Origin: an uncultured Verrucomicrobiae bacterium
Lineage (GTDB): Bacteria > Verrucomicrobiota > Verrucomicrobiia > Chthoniobacterales > JAFAMB01
Direction: 5' to 3'
Length of the DNA: 64,000 bases
NCBI GenBank assembly: GCA_963837955.1
Contig: CAWIPH010000001.1
Span: 256,001-320,000 of the forward strand
Shown here: one piece after another, positions 49,701 to 62,212 of the stretch
Layout: every line of letters starts with the position of its first letter
Numbering within the stretch: position 1 is the first letter of the stretch
Notes under the pieces: model-generated
Databases searched by the model: none
Seen by the model: the letters and a program-made list of their open reading frames with translations, nothing else
Told to the model about the DNA's origin: nothing
Translations under genes and position numbers: made by a program

Positions 49701-50510
49701 GTGTCTCCAAATGGGTTTCAACAAGCATATTCTTTTCGTGCGTTGGGCCGTTGGCTCAGAGCCTTTGGCATCGAGCCGCGGATCACGGTTAATGGGCTGA
49801 AAAGTCTTAGGCTCTATCGGTCGGATTATTATCGACTGAAAGAACAAAGCCGAACCGCGCCTGCGAATTGGTCGATCCGAGCGAGCTATCCTTGCTTGAA
49901 CGATTTCTCCGATCAACCGGGTAGCGCTACTGGCCATTACTTTCACCAGGACCTGTTTGTCGCTCAAAGGATTTTTTCACGGAACCCAGAGAGACACGTT
50001 GATATCGGTTCCAGAATCGATGGCTTCGTTGCCCACGTTGTGAGTTTCCGGAAGATTGAGGTTTTCGACTATCGTCAACTCCTAACGCCCATTCCGAACG
50101 TTATTTTTCGCCGGTTCAATCTTTTGGCCCTTCCGCCTGACCTAAACAATTACTGCGATTCGCTTTCCTGTTTGCATGTGATTGAACACGTAGGATTAGG
50201 TCGCTATGGAGATCCTATCGATCTTTTTGGTCATCTTAAGGCTTTGGATAGCTTAGCCGCAATCCTTAAACCTGATGGGCTACTTTATCTGTCCGCTCCG
50301 TTCGGCGAAGAACGAATCGAATTTAATGCCCACCGCGTCTTCTCGTTGGCCACGCTCGTAGAAATGGTTCGAACAAAATTTCGCCTTCTTGGCTTTTCAT
50401 ATGTCGATGACGCCGGCAACCTTGAGCCTAACGCCAACCTTGATAATCTGCTGGCGCAAAGACCGCCCGCGAATTTCTCGCTTGCAATCTTCGAACTCCA
50501 GAAAAACTAA
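49701..50510 (+). CDS. DUF268 methyltransferase-like protein
   Basis: HYFHQDL, HVDIGSRIDGFVAH, SLSCLHVIEHVGLGRYGDPID, FNAHRVF. Confidence 0.85.
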   Translation: MSPNGFQQAYSFRALGRWLRAFGIEPRITVNGLKSLRLYRSDYYRLKEQSRTAPANWSIRASYPCLNDFSDQPGSATGHYFHQDLFVAQRIFSRNPERHVDIGSRIDGFVAHVVSFRKIEVFDYRQLLTPIPNVIFRRFNLLALPPDLNNYCDSLSCLHVIEHVGLGRYGDPIDLFGHLKALDSLAAILKPDGLLYLSAPFGEERIEFNAHRVFSLATLVEMVRTKFRLLGFSYVDDAGNLEPNANLDNLLAQRPPANFSLAIFELQKN

Positions 50511-51543
50511 AGAATCCTTTTCGGCACAGCGTGGACTTGATCGGATTTTCATCTACGCCAAGCTTGGGCGAATTCGGTTGGGCAACCATTATCTGTTCGG
50601 ATGGGGATTAGGGAACACCTTGTTCGCTTGGGCACGATCCGAAATAGCGGCGGAGCGATACTCCTTGCCTATTCTAGCACCTGTTTGGCGTCGCCTAACC
50701 AGCGGTGGTGGCTGGATAACTGCTTTAAAAGCGTTCGGTTCGCGTAACCAAGCACTTCGAACTTACAATGGCTTATTCGAAGAGCAGGGTCTGAGTTCGT
50801 CCGGCAAGAACCTGCTTACTCTCGCCTGGGCCGCTCATATGGATGAAAATGCGCTTCCCCAAGTACTGGAGACACCGAAGCGATTTTTTCGGCCGATTGT
50901 TTTCGTCTTCAGTAATGTCCGCGACCGTTTCGCCTCCTTAGCCGATTGCCAGCCGCTCGTAGCCGCTCGCTTTAGCGCCGCGCTCGCACCGGGAGCCATG
51001 GAACGATTGCCGTCTAGAACTGCGCCTCGTTTCGCTTGTCATGTCCGGCTCGGCGACTTCAATCCGGCATCAGAATTGAACCCGATAACCGGCCATAATG
51101 CCCGTCTACCGATGGAATGGTATGTCGCGCAGATTAAGAATGTTTCTGCTATTTGGCCAAACGTACCGATCGAGCTCTTTTCGGATGGAACTGACGCCGA
51201 GCTCGCGGAACTACTCCGATTGCCTGCTGTCTGCCGAGCGGACTATGGGAACGCCGCAATCGATTTATTGGCAATGAGCCGGGCTAGCCTACTCATTTGT
51301 TCAGGTTCGACCTATAGCGCATGGGCGGCGTTCCTCGGCCAAATGCCAGCAATCTGGTTTCCGGGCAAGCAAGAATCACAGTTCGGCTCGGTGAGGCTGT
51401 CGAATGCCATTGAGATGACGGGCAACGACTCCATACCCGAGTTTTTCGCCGAGCAGTCCAGGTCAACGGGTGAGTCCTTGGTTCGGCAAACGGCCCACGA
51501 ACTAAGTTTGGTTTTTCATGCCAAGGATCATTTGCAGCGCTGA
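50389..51543 (+). CDS. GT11-like alpha-1,2-fucosyltransferase (true start probably about 50530-50550)
   Basis: GLGNTLFAWAR, HVRLGDF (HxRxGD), FSDG, STYSAWAAFL. Confidence 0.75.
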   Translation: MAFHMSMTPATLSLTPTLIICWRKDRPRISRLQSSNSRKTKESFSAQRGLDRIFIYAKLGRIRLGNHYLFGWGLGNTLFAWARSEIAAERYSLPILAPVWRRLTSGGGWITALKAFGSRNQALRTYNGLFEEQGLSSSGKNLLTLAWAAHMDENALPQVLETPKRFFRPIVFVFSNVRDRFASLADCQPLVAARFSAALAPGAMERLPSRTAPRFACHVRLGDFNPASELNPITGHNARLPMEWYVAQIKNVSAIWPNVPIELFSDGTDAELAELLRLPAVCRADYGNAAIDLLAMSRASLLICSGSTYSAWAAFLGQMPAIWFPGKQESQFGSVRLSNAIEMTGNDSIPEFFAEQSRSTGESLVRQTAHELSLVFHAKDHLQR

Positions 51544-51571
51544 AGGCTCAGTGCGATCACACTCGCCGAGA

Positions 51572-52303
51572 TCATCCGGCGTTGACCTGGGGCTTTTGAA
51601 TCAACGGGATCATATCGCGCACAAATCCGGTCAGACGGTCAAACAGCTCTTTTCTTAGTTCTGCGGAATCTCTCGCCTTGGGCAGAATTCCGCTCACGAT
51701 CACGTAAGCCCAACGATGATTCGTTCCTTTGGTGACACGGTCCCAGCTGGTTAAGAGGATCCGCTGAAAATGATCGTCGGTTGTCGTGTCTTTGCCAACA
51801 AACCAGTAAAGGAAGTAACCGTTTATTCTCTCTCCGTTTTCGGTCCGAGTCAGAGTAAGAAGACGAACCTTTTGTGTCCCATGATTTGCCAGCGGAATCG
51901 GAATGGATTTCTCGTCAACGATCGTCCAGCCTTGTCCAACCAGGCAGACCTGAGGGCGATGGATGCTATTTCGTTGAGCGCCACTTAACACGATTTCACA
52001 GGTAATCTCGGCCCGCGCCGCTCCAACGTAGCCTTTTTTGGCAAACTCGGTGTCCTTCGGCAAAAACTGCTTTTCCGATTCGGAAATCGCGCGATCGAAG
52101 CCGATATAGCTTCCGACTGAGTCCGGTAGTTCCATGTTCACACCGGCTTCGCTGATTCCAGTCGCTTCCCGTGTCAGGTAGACCGCGCCGGCAGCGACGC
52201 CGGCAATGACCAGCACCACCGCCGATCGCCACCACGGAAAGATTGCAGCGTTCGATTCAATGCCCTTCACTGAGACCTTTTTCGAGCTGGTTCCTGCACT
52301 CAT
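51572..52303 (-). CDS. epsI: Exosortase-associated EpsI family protein
   Basis: SIHRPQVCLVGQGW, YWFVG; ATGA overlap with the exosortase gene. Confidence 0.82.
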   Translation of the reverse strand: MSAGTSSKKVSVKGIESNAAIFPWWRSAVVLVIAGVAAGAVYLTREATGISEAGVNMELPDSVGSYIGFDRAISESEKQFLPKDTEFAKKGYVGAARAEITCEIVLSGAQRNSIHRPQVCLVGQGWTIVDEKSIPIPLANHGTQKVRLLTLTRTENGERINGYFLYWFVGKDTTTDDHFQRILLTSWDRVTKGTNHRWAYVIVSGILPKARDSAELRKELFDRLTGFVRDMIPLIQKPQVNAG

Positions 52304-53301
52304 CGCATTTCCTGTCCTGTCCCAGTTTTCGGTTTGGCCGTCCGCCAATCTTTTGCCAGCAACTGCACCAGAAAGAATACCCCCAACAGCGCAGCGATAT
52401 AAACGACAAGTCCCGCCATGGTGTGGAACCAGGTCGGTTGCTCAAGTGTTCCAATAGCAAATTTGCCACCAAACTGCACCGTTCCCCAGGTGAGCATCAA
52501 GATTCGGCAAAAATTGCCGAAGATGGCCAGCGGAAAAGCGGCCAAGACGGTGATTACAATTTGCCACCACCGGCGCAATATCAGGATGCCGTATAGGCTT
52601 GCCATCATCGTGAGAGCGAAAAGCGAGTGCATTCCGCTACAAGGGTCCGCGACATCGATACTGAACCGCTGGCCCACCGACATTCCCGAAGCGGGGTCGG
52701 AAGCAGAGAGAATTGCGGTTCCTTCCCGGATAGCCGGAAGATGGACGAGATTGAGGAAATGCTCGCTCAGCGTACTCATCAATAACCGAAGGGGAAACGC
52801 GACATACTGATCCAGGAAAACAAAGGGCCACGCGAAAGTCAGGAAGAGCCAGATAAAGAAGATCGATTGGAAGAATCGGAATCCAAGAAACCAAAGAATG
52901 AGACCAGCGACGAAGATCTGCAGGGCGACAAATCCAAGGTACTGCAAATCAACCACGTAACCGATCCAATAGAGAAAAACGGAAAGTCCGAGGACCAGCA
53001 GCCCAATGCTTGAACCGCGCACAGGAACTTCCGCCAGACTGCGCCGCTTGAGAAAAACGAGCACTGCGACCAAAGGGAAAACGAAAATACCGTGGTTCCA
53101 TTCACTGAAGCCAAACCACAAAGAATAGGCCACATCCCAGAGGGGAACCGGAACGTGACCATAACCGCTCGCGTACGGAACTCGAAAAAAAAGTGCGAAA
53201 AGTGCTGCGAAACCAACGAGAAGAGGCAAGATCCACTCTCGAACTGGAACGGAACGTAGGGTCACATACCTGATCATCCCTGAATTCTTTTCGGCTGACA
53301 A
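52300..53301 (-). CDS. Exosortase (EpsH family)
   Basis: Catalytic triad motifs VADPCSG (Cys), GNFCRI (Arg), WFH (His); many TMs. Confidence 0.92.
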   Translation of the reverse strand: MSAEKNSGMIRYVTLRSVPVREWILPLLVGFAALFALFFRVPYASGYGHVPVPLWDVAYSLWFGFSEWNHGIFVFPLVAVLVFLKRRSLAEVPVRGSSIGLLVLGLSVFLYWIGYVVDLQYLGFVALQIFVAGLILWFLGFRFFQSIFFIWLFLTFAWPFVFLDQYVAFPLRLLMSTLSEHFLNLVHLPAIREGTAILSASDPASGMSVGQRFSIDVADPCSGMHSLFALTMMASLYGILILRRWWQIVITVLAAFPLAIFGNFCRILMLTWGTVQFGGKFAIGTLEQPTWFHTMAGLVVYIAALLGVFFLVQLLAKDWRTAKPKTGTGQEMR

Positions 53302-53444
53302 GCTCGCTAGTTTAGCGCGATCGAAACCCCGTTTTATGCGGTTTCACGATTTTCAGCCGCTTGCATTACGTATTCGGAATAAATAGACTGTGCTGTTATT
53401 GCGTTTTGTGTTCCGATGACCTTTCTGGCCCTTAAGTCAATGGG

Positions 53445-53759
53445 ATGAGCAAGATCCTACTCAGGCTGAAACCGCTCCAGCACCTGGCAGTGAGGATCTT
53501 TGGCTTCAAAATTACCGAAGTAAATTCGGGAGAGAATCTTGGGAAGTACATCATCATCCCGTGGCGCGGGCGACTTCATTTTATCGGCCTGGATTCAGGT
53601 AAACCGTTTTATCCGGTCTTCATCTCGCAACAGCGCGTAACTTATTGGAAGCAAACCTTAGCGTTCCGGACCCACCCGCCACCTGACTATCCGAATGAGC
53701 GACACGGTAACGATCCTGGTAACCCATCAATCTCCGCAACGCGTCGATCGGATGCTTAA
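53445..53759 (+). CDS. Hypothetical protein
   Basis: ATG-started ORF overlapping the next gene; no recognised domain. Confidence 0.55.
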   Translation: MSKILLRLKPLQHLAVRIFGFKITEVNSGENLGKYIIIPWRGRLHFIGLDSGKPFYPVFISQQRVTYWKQTLAFRTHPPPDYPNERHGNDPGNPSISATRRSDA

Positions 53760-54430
53760 ATGGTGGAAGGACAGGGTCATTGGCACAGAGCTGCTGGTTG
53801 CTTATGGTGGCCCGATCGAAGACTTTTCTGGTCTGGGCTTCCCGCACAAAATTTTCGTCCGAGATAATCGCTTGAGAACCCGGGATCATGTAAGGGAACG
53901 CCAATCGTATACTGGCGTGTTCCAGGCGGCGAGCACGGTGCTTCGCGAATCCGATTACCAGTACGTTTGGCTAGTTGAGTTCGACCACATCCCTGTAGAC
54001 CCTAATGTCATAGCGGAATTGAAACGACGAATCGCCGAGAAGGGTGCCGATGTTGTTTGTCATCATCTCCGGCGAGTCGATGGACGAACTGGCCGCATTT
54101 CCTTCAGCACGCGAAAGACCGAGACTTTTTCGATTTATGGCGACGCGTCAGCGTTCGAAAGGACAAAGGGGTAATCCTTTCGATGTTGCCTCCGGTTCAC
54201 TCTGGCGACGCGAGGCTTTCGATGCAATCGCCACCACAGATGAATCCTTCCCGATCTATCTTGAGATGTATCTTCCAACGATGGCACATCATCTCGGATT
54301 TCGACTATGCGACCTGGGAGAGCAAAACGATTTTATCAGACCTGTTCCGTCCCAATCCCTGACTTTTGAATACGCACAGGCACAAGGAAACTCTCGGCGT
54401 ACCCGTTGAAGCATTTTTGGGATATGATGA
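53695..54430 (+). pseudogene. Glycosyltransferase-like hypothetical protein, at least three frameshifts (end approximate)
   Basis: Coherent segments across ORFs 53695..54174, 54057..54362 and 54044..54409 (WLVEFDH; TNWPH; YLEMYLPT.AHHLGFR). Confidence 0.55.
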
Positions 54431-54518
54431 ACAGCTCGTTTCTCAGCGGTTTGGAAACAACTGAAACGCGGTGCAGCGTTGCATGGCACGGATTGCGGCC
54501 CGAGGAAGGACTTCAGTC

Positions 54519-55155
54519 TTAGCGCTTTCTTACGACGACGTACGATTTGATTAGCCCGAGAATCGCTCCCGCCTGATCTCGCAGTTTGGAAAAAGATCCT
54601 TCACCTCAGCAAAGGTCAGAAGGCGAATCTCGTCAACGTATCGATCAACCATTTCCTGATTGGGATGAGTAAGCCAAGCCCAGACGGTAAGCCGCCGGAT
54701 AAAACGACGCTGCCACGCTTTGGGAAAATACTGAACCAGCGGTGTCAAATAATGGGGTTCTATGGGAAAGCTTCGAGCGGGTGTTGTATCCAGAGCGCTT
54801 TTCCCACCCGCATGCACTCAAAGGCGAACCTGCGCTGCTGCTCGAAGGTGTAAACGTGTTCAATCACACTATTTGAAAAAATGATATCAAAACTTTGATC
54901 GGAGTAAGGAAGTCTCGTCCCATCGGCCATCGCAATGTCGATTTTCGGATTTTCGGTCGGTGGGATGATCGGCTCCAGATTGATGATCGTTAAATGGCTC
55001 TCCATGCCCGAATCCTTCCAAAAATCGGGGAAACCACCGACGTCAAGAATCCTGTCAGTGGGCTTTGGTAAAAGGGTGCGGTTGAATTCCTCCATTCTCC
55101 GTCGTCGGAAGCGGGGGCTGATGAGACGATAAAGGGCGGAAAGGTGTGAAACCAC
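54519..55155 (-). pseudogene. Methyltransf_11-type SAM methyltransferase, frameshifted
   Basis: ILDVGG, FDIIFSNSVIEHV; then TPARSFPIEPH in another frame; then GLIKSYVVVRKR*. Confidence 0.78.
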
Positions 55156-55202
55156 GGAGAATTGTTTTTAGCCGGTTTTCGGCGGGATTTGATTCCTGGT
55201 TA

Positions 55203-57235
55203 TCAATGTTTGAAAAGAAAAGCCCGGTGTTTATCGCGAGAGGGACTTTTTAGCAAGCCCCCGCTGCATTTAGGCAGAAGTATATAGCCTGCAAAATCCG
55301 CCACTGCCGTCTTGCTCGTGTTTGAGGGTCCGTAGGTTCTCGGAGAGCCCGATGAGTTATCGGTGACGAAACAAGAGAGATCTGCCGCTATCATGCTCCA
55401 GAGCGAAAGATTCTGTGCTCCGCTGATTTCGACAAGGTCTGGCGGTAGCTGGCTCCAGTTACCCGCACCCAGCCCGTAAATAAATATATTCTCGAATTCG
55501 TGATTTTCAGAATTGTTCCGGGGTGCCCTTGGACGGCGGAATCCTCGAAGTCCACGTTGGCGAGGTACACGTTGGCGGCCCCCAATAAAATCAAAGCATC
55601 CTCTATGTAATGCTCGTCACTGATCGACGCAAAAAAGGTCGGCCCCTGCCTGCTCTGAACCGTAATGCCGTTGGTTTGCGAGTGATTTCCATAGATGAGC
55701 ATTTCTTCAAGAGTCCGCCGCCAGTAGCGACGTCCAGGGCAGCCGATGGCGAACTGCCGATGTTGACGAATGTTGAGTCGAGAACAACCGAGGAAGGGTC
55801 CGCATTCCATTGCGCACAGACGCCGTTTGGAGCAGCGTTATAGAAATAGACGTGCGAAAAACTAACCGGAGCCGCGCCGTTTCCGTTAACGCTAATAAAG
55901 GCTAGCTCCGTCGGGGATTGGAAAGCCGCGCACTGGATGCAAGTTGAATGACGCTGCCAGCTTGGCCGTATAGCTTTTGTCCGCCGGAAATCGTTAAGGC
56001 CTGAGTCACCAAATAGGTACCCGTCGGGAAAAAAATTTCAGCGTAATGGGCGAGTGCTTTTTGGATCACTTCACTGTCGTCCGTTGTTCCGTCCCCGACT
56101 GCACCGAGTGTGTGAATGTTCACGCAGGCAGAGGTAGGTCGCGGAACGCTGGCCGATCTTAAGGAGGTCGGTGGAACGGCCGCCCGAAGCGTAGCCTCTG
56201 AGCCCGAGACTGTTTGACCCGAGGAAACAACGCTCGCGCTGGTCCATTGGGTCACTACTCCTTTTCGCGCGACGCTATTGAGAAAGCTCGGCACCTGCGA
56301 TTTCGCATCGAAGCTCATATTCTCGATGTGCATCGCGTCGTGCACATAAGGGTCCTGGAGAGTGGCGCCCGGCATACTCGTAAACGAGCAGTCGAGAATA
56401 TTATCTACCCCGGCATAACCCGCATAGACTAAGAAGGGCGCCGTGTTCTTAAACTTTATGTTTTGAAAGGTAAACATCCAAGCGCCGTTGAGATAGATTG
56501 ACTGTTGCCTCTGGCGAGTAAACGAGCAGTCGCGCATGTATAAAGTCGAGGTCGCGTCGCTCCAGTAGCCGACTTTGCCGCCCACAAAGTTGCAATTGGC
56601 AATAGTGCTTCCCCCGCCCCACCAGCCAGTTTGGAGACAGCCCAGCGCGTCGTCAGCGTTGATGGTAACATTGCGAACGTCGCTCTGTTGAGCGCAGAAC
56701 CAGAAGACACCCCAAGCTCCCGGATTGTTGGCGCCGATTCGGACGTTGATGTCCTCGAGGCTGCAAAAAAAAGTGTTGTTGGTCGATCCGTTAAGATCGT
56801 TGGTTCGGGTTTGCCAGTCGGTAGTGTTATCCGGCATGTTGTAACCGCCGGCCGTAACGATCATGGGTGTTGGCTTCGACACGTCCTGAAAATTGGCGGA
56901 ATGAGGGGCTAAAAGCAGCGTAGGCGGGTCGGTCCACTCGCCAAAGAGCTGGGTGTTCCTCCAAATGATGAGAGTCGAGCTGATCACGTAGGTGCCGGGA
57001 GGCACATAGACACTGGCGGGCGCCTTTTGGCAACACCGTTAGGTAGCTTTCGATTCGATTGCAGTGCGGCGATAAAGGCTTGGGTGTCGTCGGTGACGCC
57101 ATCGCCTTTGGCTCCGTAGCTTTTTACGTTGCGCGATGCTACCCCGATAATGTTTGGAGGTGGGCTTTGGGCGGGGAGGGTTTGAAGAAACACAGCGGCG
57201 ACTAAGAAGAAAGCGGCGTTGGCAATTGCTTTCAC
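55203..57235 (-). pseudogene. Secreted Pectate_lyase_3/GH55-like beta-helix protein, multiple frameshifts (end approximate)
   Basis: Signal peptide; NVKSYGAKGDGVTDDTQAF; PPGTY; second repeat GAVGDGTTDDSEVIQKAL..FPTGTY. Confidence 0.75.
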
Positions 57236-57540
57236 AATTCAATAGAAGTCGGCGTCATTCTATCGAGACACGGCCCACAAGACTATGATACTTTCGGGTC
57301 GGATAAAATGTGACTGATGCGGAGCTATGGCACTAAAGCAGTCGCGTGGGCACTTCTGCGCTTCCCTCCGGTACCTGTGAATGTTCGCAACCGCTGAACA
57401 AGCTCTTCTGCCCTGATCTTTGATTTTTGCCCAAGTCCCGCCAACACCGGTCCATCCTGGGTATCCGCCTCGGGCTAAGTAGGTAACCAACAGATTTGCA
57501 ATGGCATAACTTGGATGGGCGATCAGTGATGGGAACAGGT

Positions 57541-58706
57541 CTAAAGAGAGCCCAACCGTTCAAGACCGTCCCTTAAATTGAGCGAGGCATAAATTGCGGT
57601 TAATCTCTCTCGGGTCAGCTTGTCAAAATCGAAATCGCGCGAGCGGAGCAATCCGCGCCGGATCACGTCGGCTCTTCGATTTTCATCGGTTAACGCTTCA
57701 GCGAGGCTCCGTGAAGCCTCGTCCGAGTTAGAGTAATCAACAATCCAGGCCGCTCCACTCGTGACCTCGTGCATGATCGGGATATCGTTGACGACACAAG
57801 GGGTTCCGCACGCCATTGCTTCGGCAACAGATCTGCCGAAAGTCTCTTCGCGGCTCGGTAGGACCAGAATTCTGGCCTGACGCAGAAGTGGAGCAATCCA
57901 ACGTTGATCAACCCAGTCCAGGAACCGAATTGTCCTCTCACGATAGGTGCGCTGCGAGTCCTTCCAGCGAAGCCCTCTCACCGCACCTATCTCCCCCAAC
58001 GAACACGATCGGATACATCTCTCTCAGGCGCTGAGAAATTCGGGCGTAACTCCGAACAAGTAGATCGGCCTGCTTATAGGATAGAGATTGGATAGCCAAA
58101 GGATATAATTTTCAGGAATCTCGAGTGCGCGCCGCAGTTCGTCGGCTTCTCCGTTGGGATATTGGTATGGAAGACCGAATGATCGATCCCCCGTAGCTCT
58201 GGATCATTTTGCGCTCGGCTTCAGGTGCCACGGCAATAATCCGGCGGGCAGCACATCGGGAATTGGTAATGACCAGTCTCGCCGAATGCAGGCCCCGCCC
58301 GGCTGCCCATCGTCGGTACGCGGCGCTGACCGGGTCCAGCTGGTCGAACCCTGCAAGTGGTGAAGCGTAAACAAATGCATTACGGTAGGAATACATTGAC
58401 GGAGCGGGACGAAGCCGACGGTAAGTAGAAGCTAGGCGCATTCAGCCGTTTGGCTTGTCGCGAAACCCAAAAATTATTCGGAGATTAATCGAGCTCGTAT
58501 CCTGCCACTCCCTGGAAATCGCCGGACGCGTGGAGCCTTTGGGTGCCTTCGCCAAAGTCGTATTTGGGTCCAACAAAAATCACCCAGTGAAGCCTTGAAT
58601 CCTGGCGCAGCGACCGAGTCACGAACTCTTTAAACATCGAGCTGAGGCCCGTCGGTTGAAGAGGATTTTCGGCACAGTAACTTAGTGCCAGGATGACCTT
58701 GTCCAT
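57541..58706 (-). pseudogene. GT4 glycosyltransferase, multiple frameshifts
   Basis: MDKVILALSY...TGLSS; VITNS; ETFGRSVAEAMACGTPCVVNDIP in separate frames. Confidence 0.75.
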
Positions 58707-58739
58707 AGCCGCATGAGCAATTCCGTTGACGATAGAAAT

Positions 58740-59991
58740 TTCAGTCACTGACTGCAGGCTCACGATGGCTAGTTCGAAACTTTTTGAGAAACCAAACTAG
58801 GAGCCCGCTGAAGACGATGAAGTAAGCGATGCCTTGAGCCGCGTAAACTCCCTTGGCGTGAAGCGAAGGTCTTAACACTAGCCGAAACGTCAGCAACGAG
58901 ATCGCCAAGAGAACTTAGACTGATAAGAAAGTGGACCGGGCGACCAGAGCTTGTAAACAGGATGTTAAAATTCCAGACGTAAGGCCTGAGAAGAGCGGAA
59001 ACCATTCGCCCATATCCAGAGATCATTTACCGCGCTTTGCCATTGGGTGCCTAGAATGGGTCTGGCGAAGAAGAAAGAAAAGAGCTGGATTGCGCTAATA
59101 GACCGACCACCACCCCGAGAGACATGACTCCCATGAACAGGAACAACGATTTCCGCGTCTGAGCTTGCAAGTTTTGCTCTCGGCTGTACGAAGACCCGGC
59201 AACGCTATCAACGACATTCACGCTCAGCGACAAAGGAACGCGCATAAGCTGCTGGGTTCAATCATAGATGCCTAGCTCGACATCCGTTGCGAACGCTTTC
59301 AGCAGGGCGACATCCAAATTGGCAGCGAAATTCTGTACCCATCCAAGCGGACCCAAAATGCGCGCAAACCGAAAGAAAGTAACGCATGAGCTCTGGGCGG
59401 TAATGCCACGAAATGAGAAGGTTGTGACGATACCACAATGACAACAGAAAGCCTCCTCTAACGGCGGCTTCGGCGAAACGTGCAGTGACAAGCGCTAGTA
59501 CTGTCGGCACGAACAGAGAACCCAGGACAGTCAGCAACAGCCACGCGAAAACAGAGCTCATTTCAATCACGGCAATTCGATGGAAGTCGTATCGCTTACT
59601 CGCGATGATCTGGGGCGTTTGCAGAACAGTTTCCAACATGAGCGTTACAATCATCAGAAACAGCACGGAGCGAAGACTCATGAGCGATGGCAAAGCTAAT
59701 ACAACGACGAGAACAATGGCCGCGGCGACGAACGATCCGACCGTGCCCAACATCACATGGAAGCTGGTGTATGCCTGATCTTCTTTGTTGTAACTGACAT
59801 AAGCGGAGTTCTCGCTCATCTCCTCGGGCAAAAGCTGCCAACGGCATGATCATGCCTGCCGTTGCGAACAGGCCGAATTGCTGGAGGGGGCAATCAGCCG
59901 GGTCGAAATGAGCAGACCTACAGATTCGGCTCTACTCGCACAAACTGAAGAGAGCTACCGCCGTAAAGAAAAGTGGCCTTTGCTTTGGCAC
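58740..59991 (-). pseudogene. Wzx-like polysaccharide flippase, multiple frameshifts (ends approximate)
   Basis: Hydrophobic fragments 59262..59831, 59258..59491, 59051..59245 and 58769..59026; QQFGLFA and ELGIYD motifs. Confidence 0.6.
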
Positions 59992-60254
59992 TTCGCCGAA
60001 AACGTCGAACTAATTCCCGAATGCGTCGATGATACCAGGGATCCGAGAAGAAAAATCCGCAGACATTCGTGCGGGCGCAACTCGTCTGATCATAAGGAAA
60101 GGCACAGCGCTTGCAATCGTTAAAATTGGAGAGCCTCAGCCGCGTTTACCTTATGATTTCTGCGCTCCGGAGCCAAGGGACGACAACAACTGATAAGGAC
60201 AGAAAAACGCCGTGGAAAAGGAGCCGCAACAGTGCGAATGAGCGTCGGCCTGAA

Positions 60255-60975
60255 ATGTTTGAGCATCTCAGAAAAGTTCCACGTAGCCTGGCTAGAAACT
60301 GCTGTCTCACCTCGAATACGATTCGGTATCTAGTTGAGTATCGTTGCATCGTAGATCTATTGAGGAACTCACAGGACTCCATTTTCCTCCCTCATCGATC
60401 TCGGCGCCGGGAGCGGTGAAATGTCAGCCCGTTTGATCGAGCAAGGTTTCGCGTTGAGAGCTACGGCCGTTGAACCAGACGATCGGAACTTCCATTTGCT
60501 GCAGCAGCGTTACATAGATTTACCTGGCTGCCGCTGCCTTCACAGCTCGCTGGAGCAAGTACAAATAGAAAAGGAAAGCTTTGATGCCGTGTTGTCGACG
60601 CAGGTTCTCGAACATATTGTGGATGACCATGCAGCTGTTGCTGCAATTAAGTCGGTGTTGAGGCCATCGGGAAGAATCGCCATCATCTCGGTGCCGTATC
60701 CTCCAGAGATATTCCCACTTGGTGGACATGTACGCCCCGGGTACACGCGCGAGCAACTTGCGTCTCTATTTGCCAGTCATGGATTTCGATTGCTCGAGCA
60801 CGATTATTTTTTTACGTTGCCAACCCTGCGGCGTGTAATCGCCTGCGGAAGAGTTCGGGCGGGTCGGCCGTTTACTTCCCAATCCAGATGGGCGGATCGT
60901 GAAGCAAAACTCTCTACCTTGCAAAAAGCGCAGCTACAACCGTATGGCCTTGCTTGTCTCTTTCAGCGGAACTGA
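60255..60975 (+). pseudogene. Class I SAM methyltransferase, frameshift near 60390
   Basis: IDLGAGSGE immediately before ORF 60421; FDAVLSTQVLEHIVDD, VLRPSG, GHVRPGY. Confidence 0.75.
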
Positions 60976-61080
60976 GTTACTTTTTCGGCAGATTCGCCTA
61001 TCGTTCGCTGCTGGGTTGCTTGGACGTCAGCCGATGGAACCGCAACGGTGATCAACCACTGACTCCACAGTTCCCGCCGA

Positions 61081-62212
61081 ATGTCTTTTGACTCCACTGG
61101 AAAACAGCTCTGCATCGTGGATCCTGCTTTTACTTTGGATAGCCCGACCATGAAACATTTGGTCTATGCAATTCCTACAATTCGGGCTGGCGGGTTGGCA
61201 AATTACAGCGATAGCCGAACGCATCGAGCCTCATCTGCCGATCCATTAGGTTCCACTCCGGTTGCGGCATCGTAATCCGCTGATTACCAGCTTCGAGCTG
61301 CCGGTCGCGGCAAACCGGGCGGCTCGCATTTATCGGGCACAGAATCCGAAAACGCGATCGTTTTCGGGACACCGGGATTACCATACGGGGCGGATGTGAG
61401 CGCGGTGCATTTTCTCCATCATGTCTGGATGTCAATACGTCAACCTTGCCGCACCAAACACTACGAGAGCGAGTGACATTGGCGCTCTCTCGTTTCCGCG
61501 ATAAGGCTGCCAGGCGAGACTTCGCTTCTGGCCAAACCCGCTGCTGGTTACCTGTTTCCGATATATCGGGACGAATTACGAAAGATCGTTTCTCATCCGG
61601 AGCGAGTTCGATTATTACCAATTCCGATGATGAGACACGGTTTACGGTTGAGACAGTCAAGCGATTTCGGACCGCGAGACGCCTTGAGCTTGGCTATTCC
61701 GAGATCGACTACGTCTTCGGGTTTCTCAGTCAAGGCCATTACCAGAGGAAAGGTTTTTGGATCGCTGTGGCAGCACGGCGAAGCTCCGAAGCCGTAAAGA
61801 GTCGCTTCAGTTCACCCCTAAACTCTTGGTCATCGGCGGCCTTTCCCCAACGTTGCAGCGGCTCCGGAAAGCCCTGACCAAGGAGTTCTCAGACTGGCGA
61901 GATTGGATTCCATTCGCCGGGATGCTCTCCCGGCCTGAGGAAACCTTGTCTGCGACCGATGTTTTGCTTTTCCCGTCTTCTTTCGAGGCATTTTGCCTCG
62001 CGGAAATTGAAGCGGCGGCACTATCTCTCCCATTGCTTTTAACACCGCACTGTGGCTCTAAAATGATCCTGCAACCTGGCGGGAACGGCTTGTCTGTCAG
62101 CTTTAATCCAGACGAACTGGCCGATCAACTTCTGGCTTTTCTTCGTGGCTCCACCAAGTTGGGTCCAATCGAAGTCCTCGCCACCGTCCGGAAAACTTCC
62201 GGCCATCGATAG
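61081..62212 (+). pseudogene. GT4 glycosyltransferase, multiple frameshifts
   Basis: IITNS, FLSQGHYQRKG, DVLLFPSSFEAFCLAEIEAAALSLP across frames. Confidence 0.7.

Noticed and set aside
57260..57563. Small CDSs between the glycanase and the GT4
   Set aside because: No recognisable motif or RBS, in a frameshift-prone region; cannot be supported.
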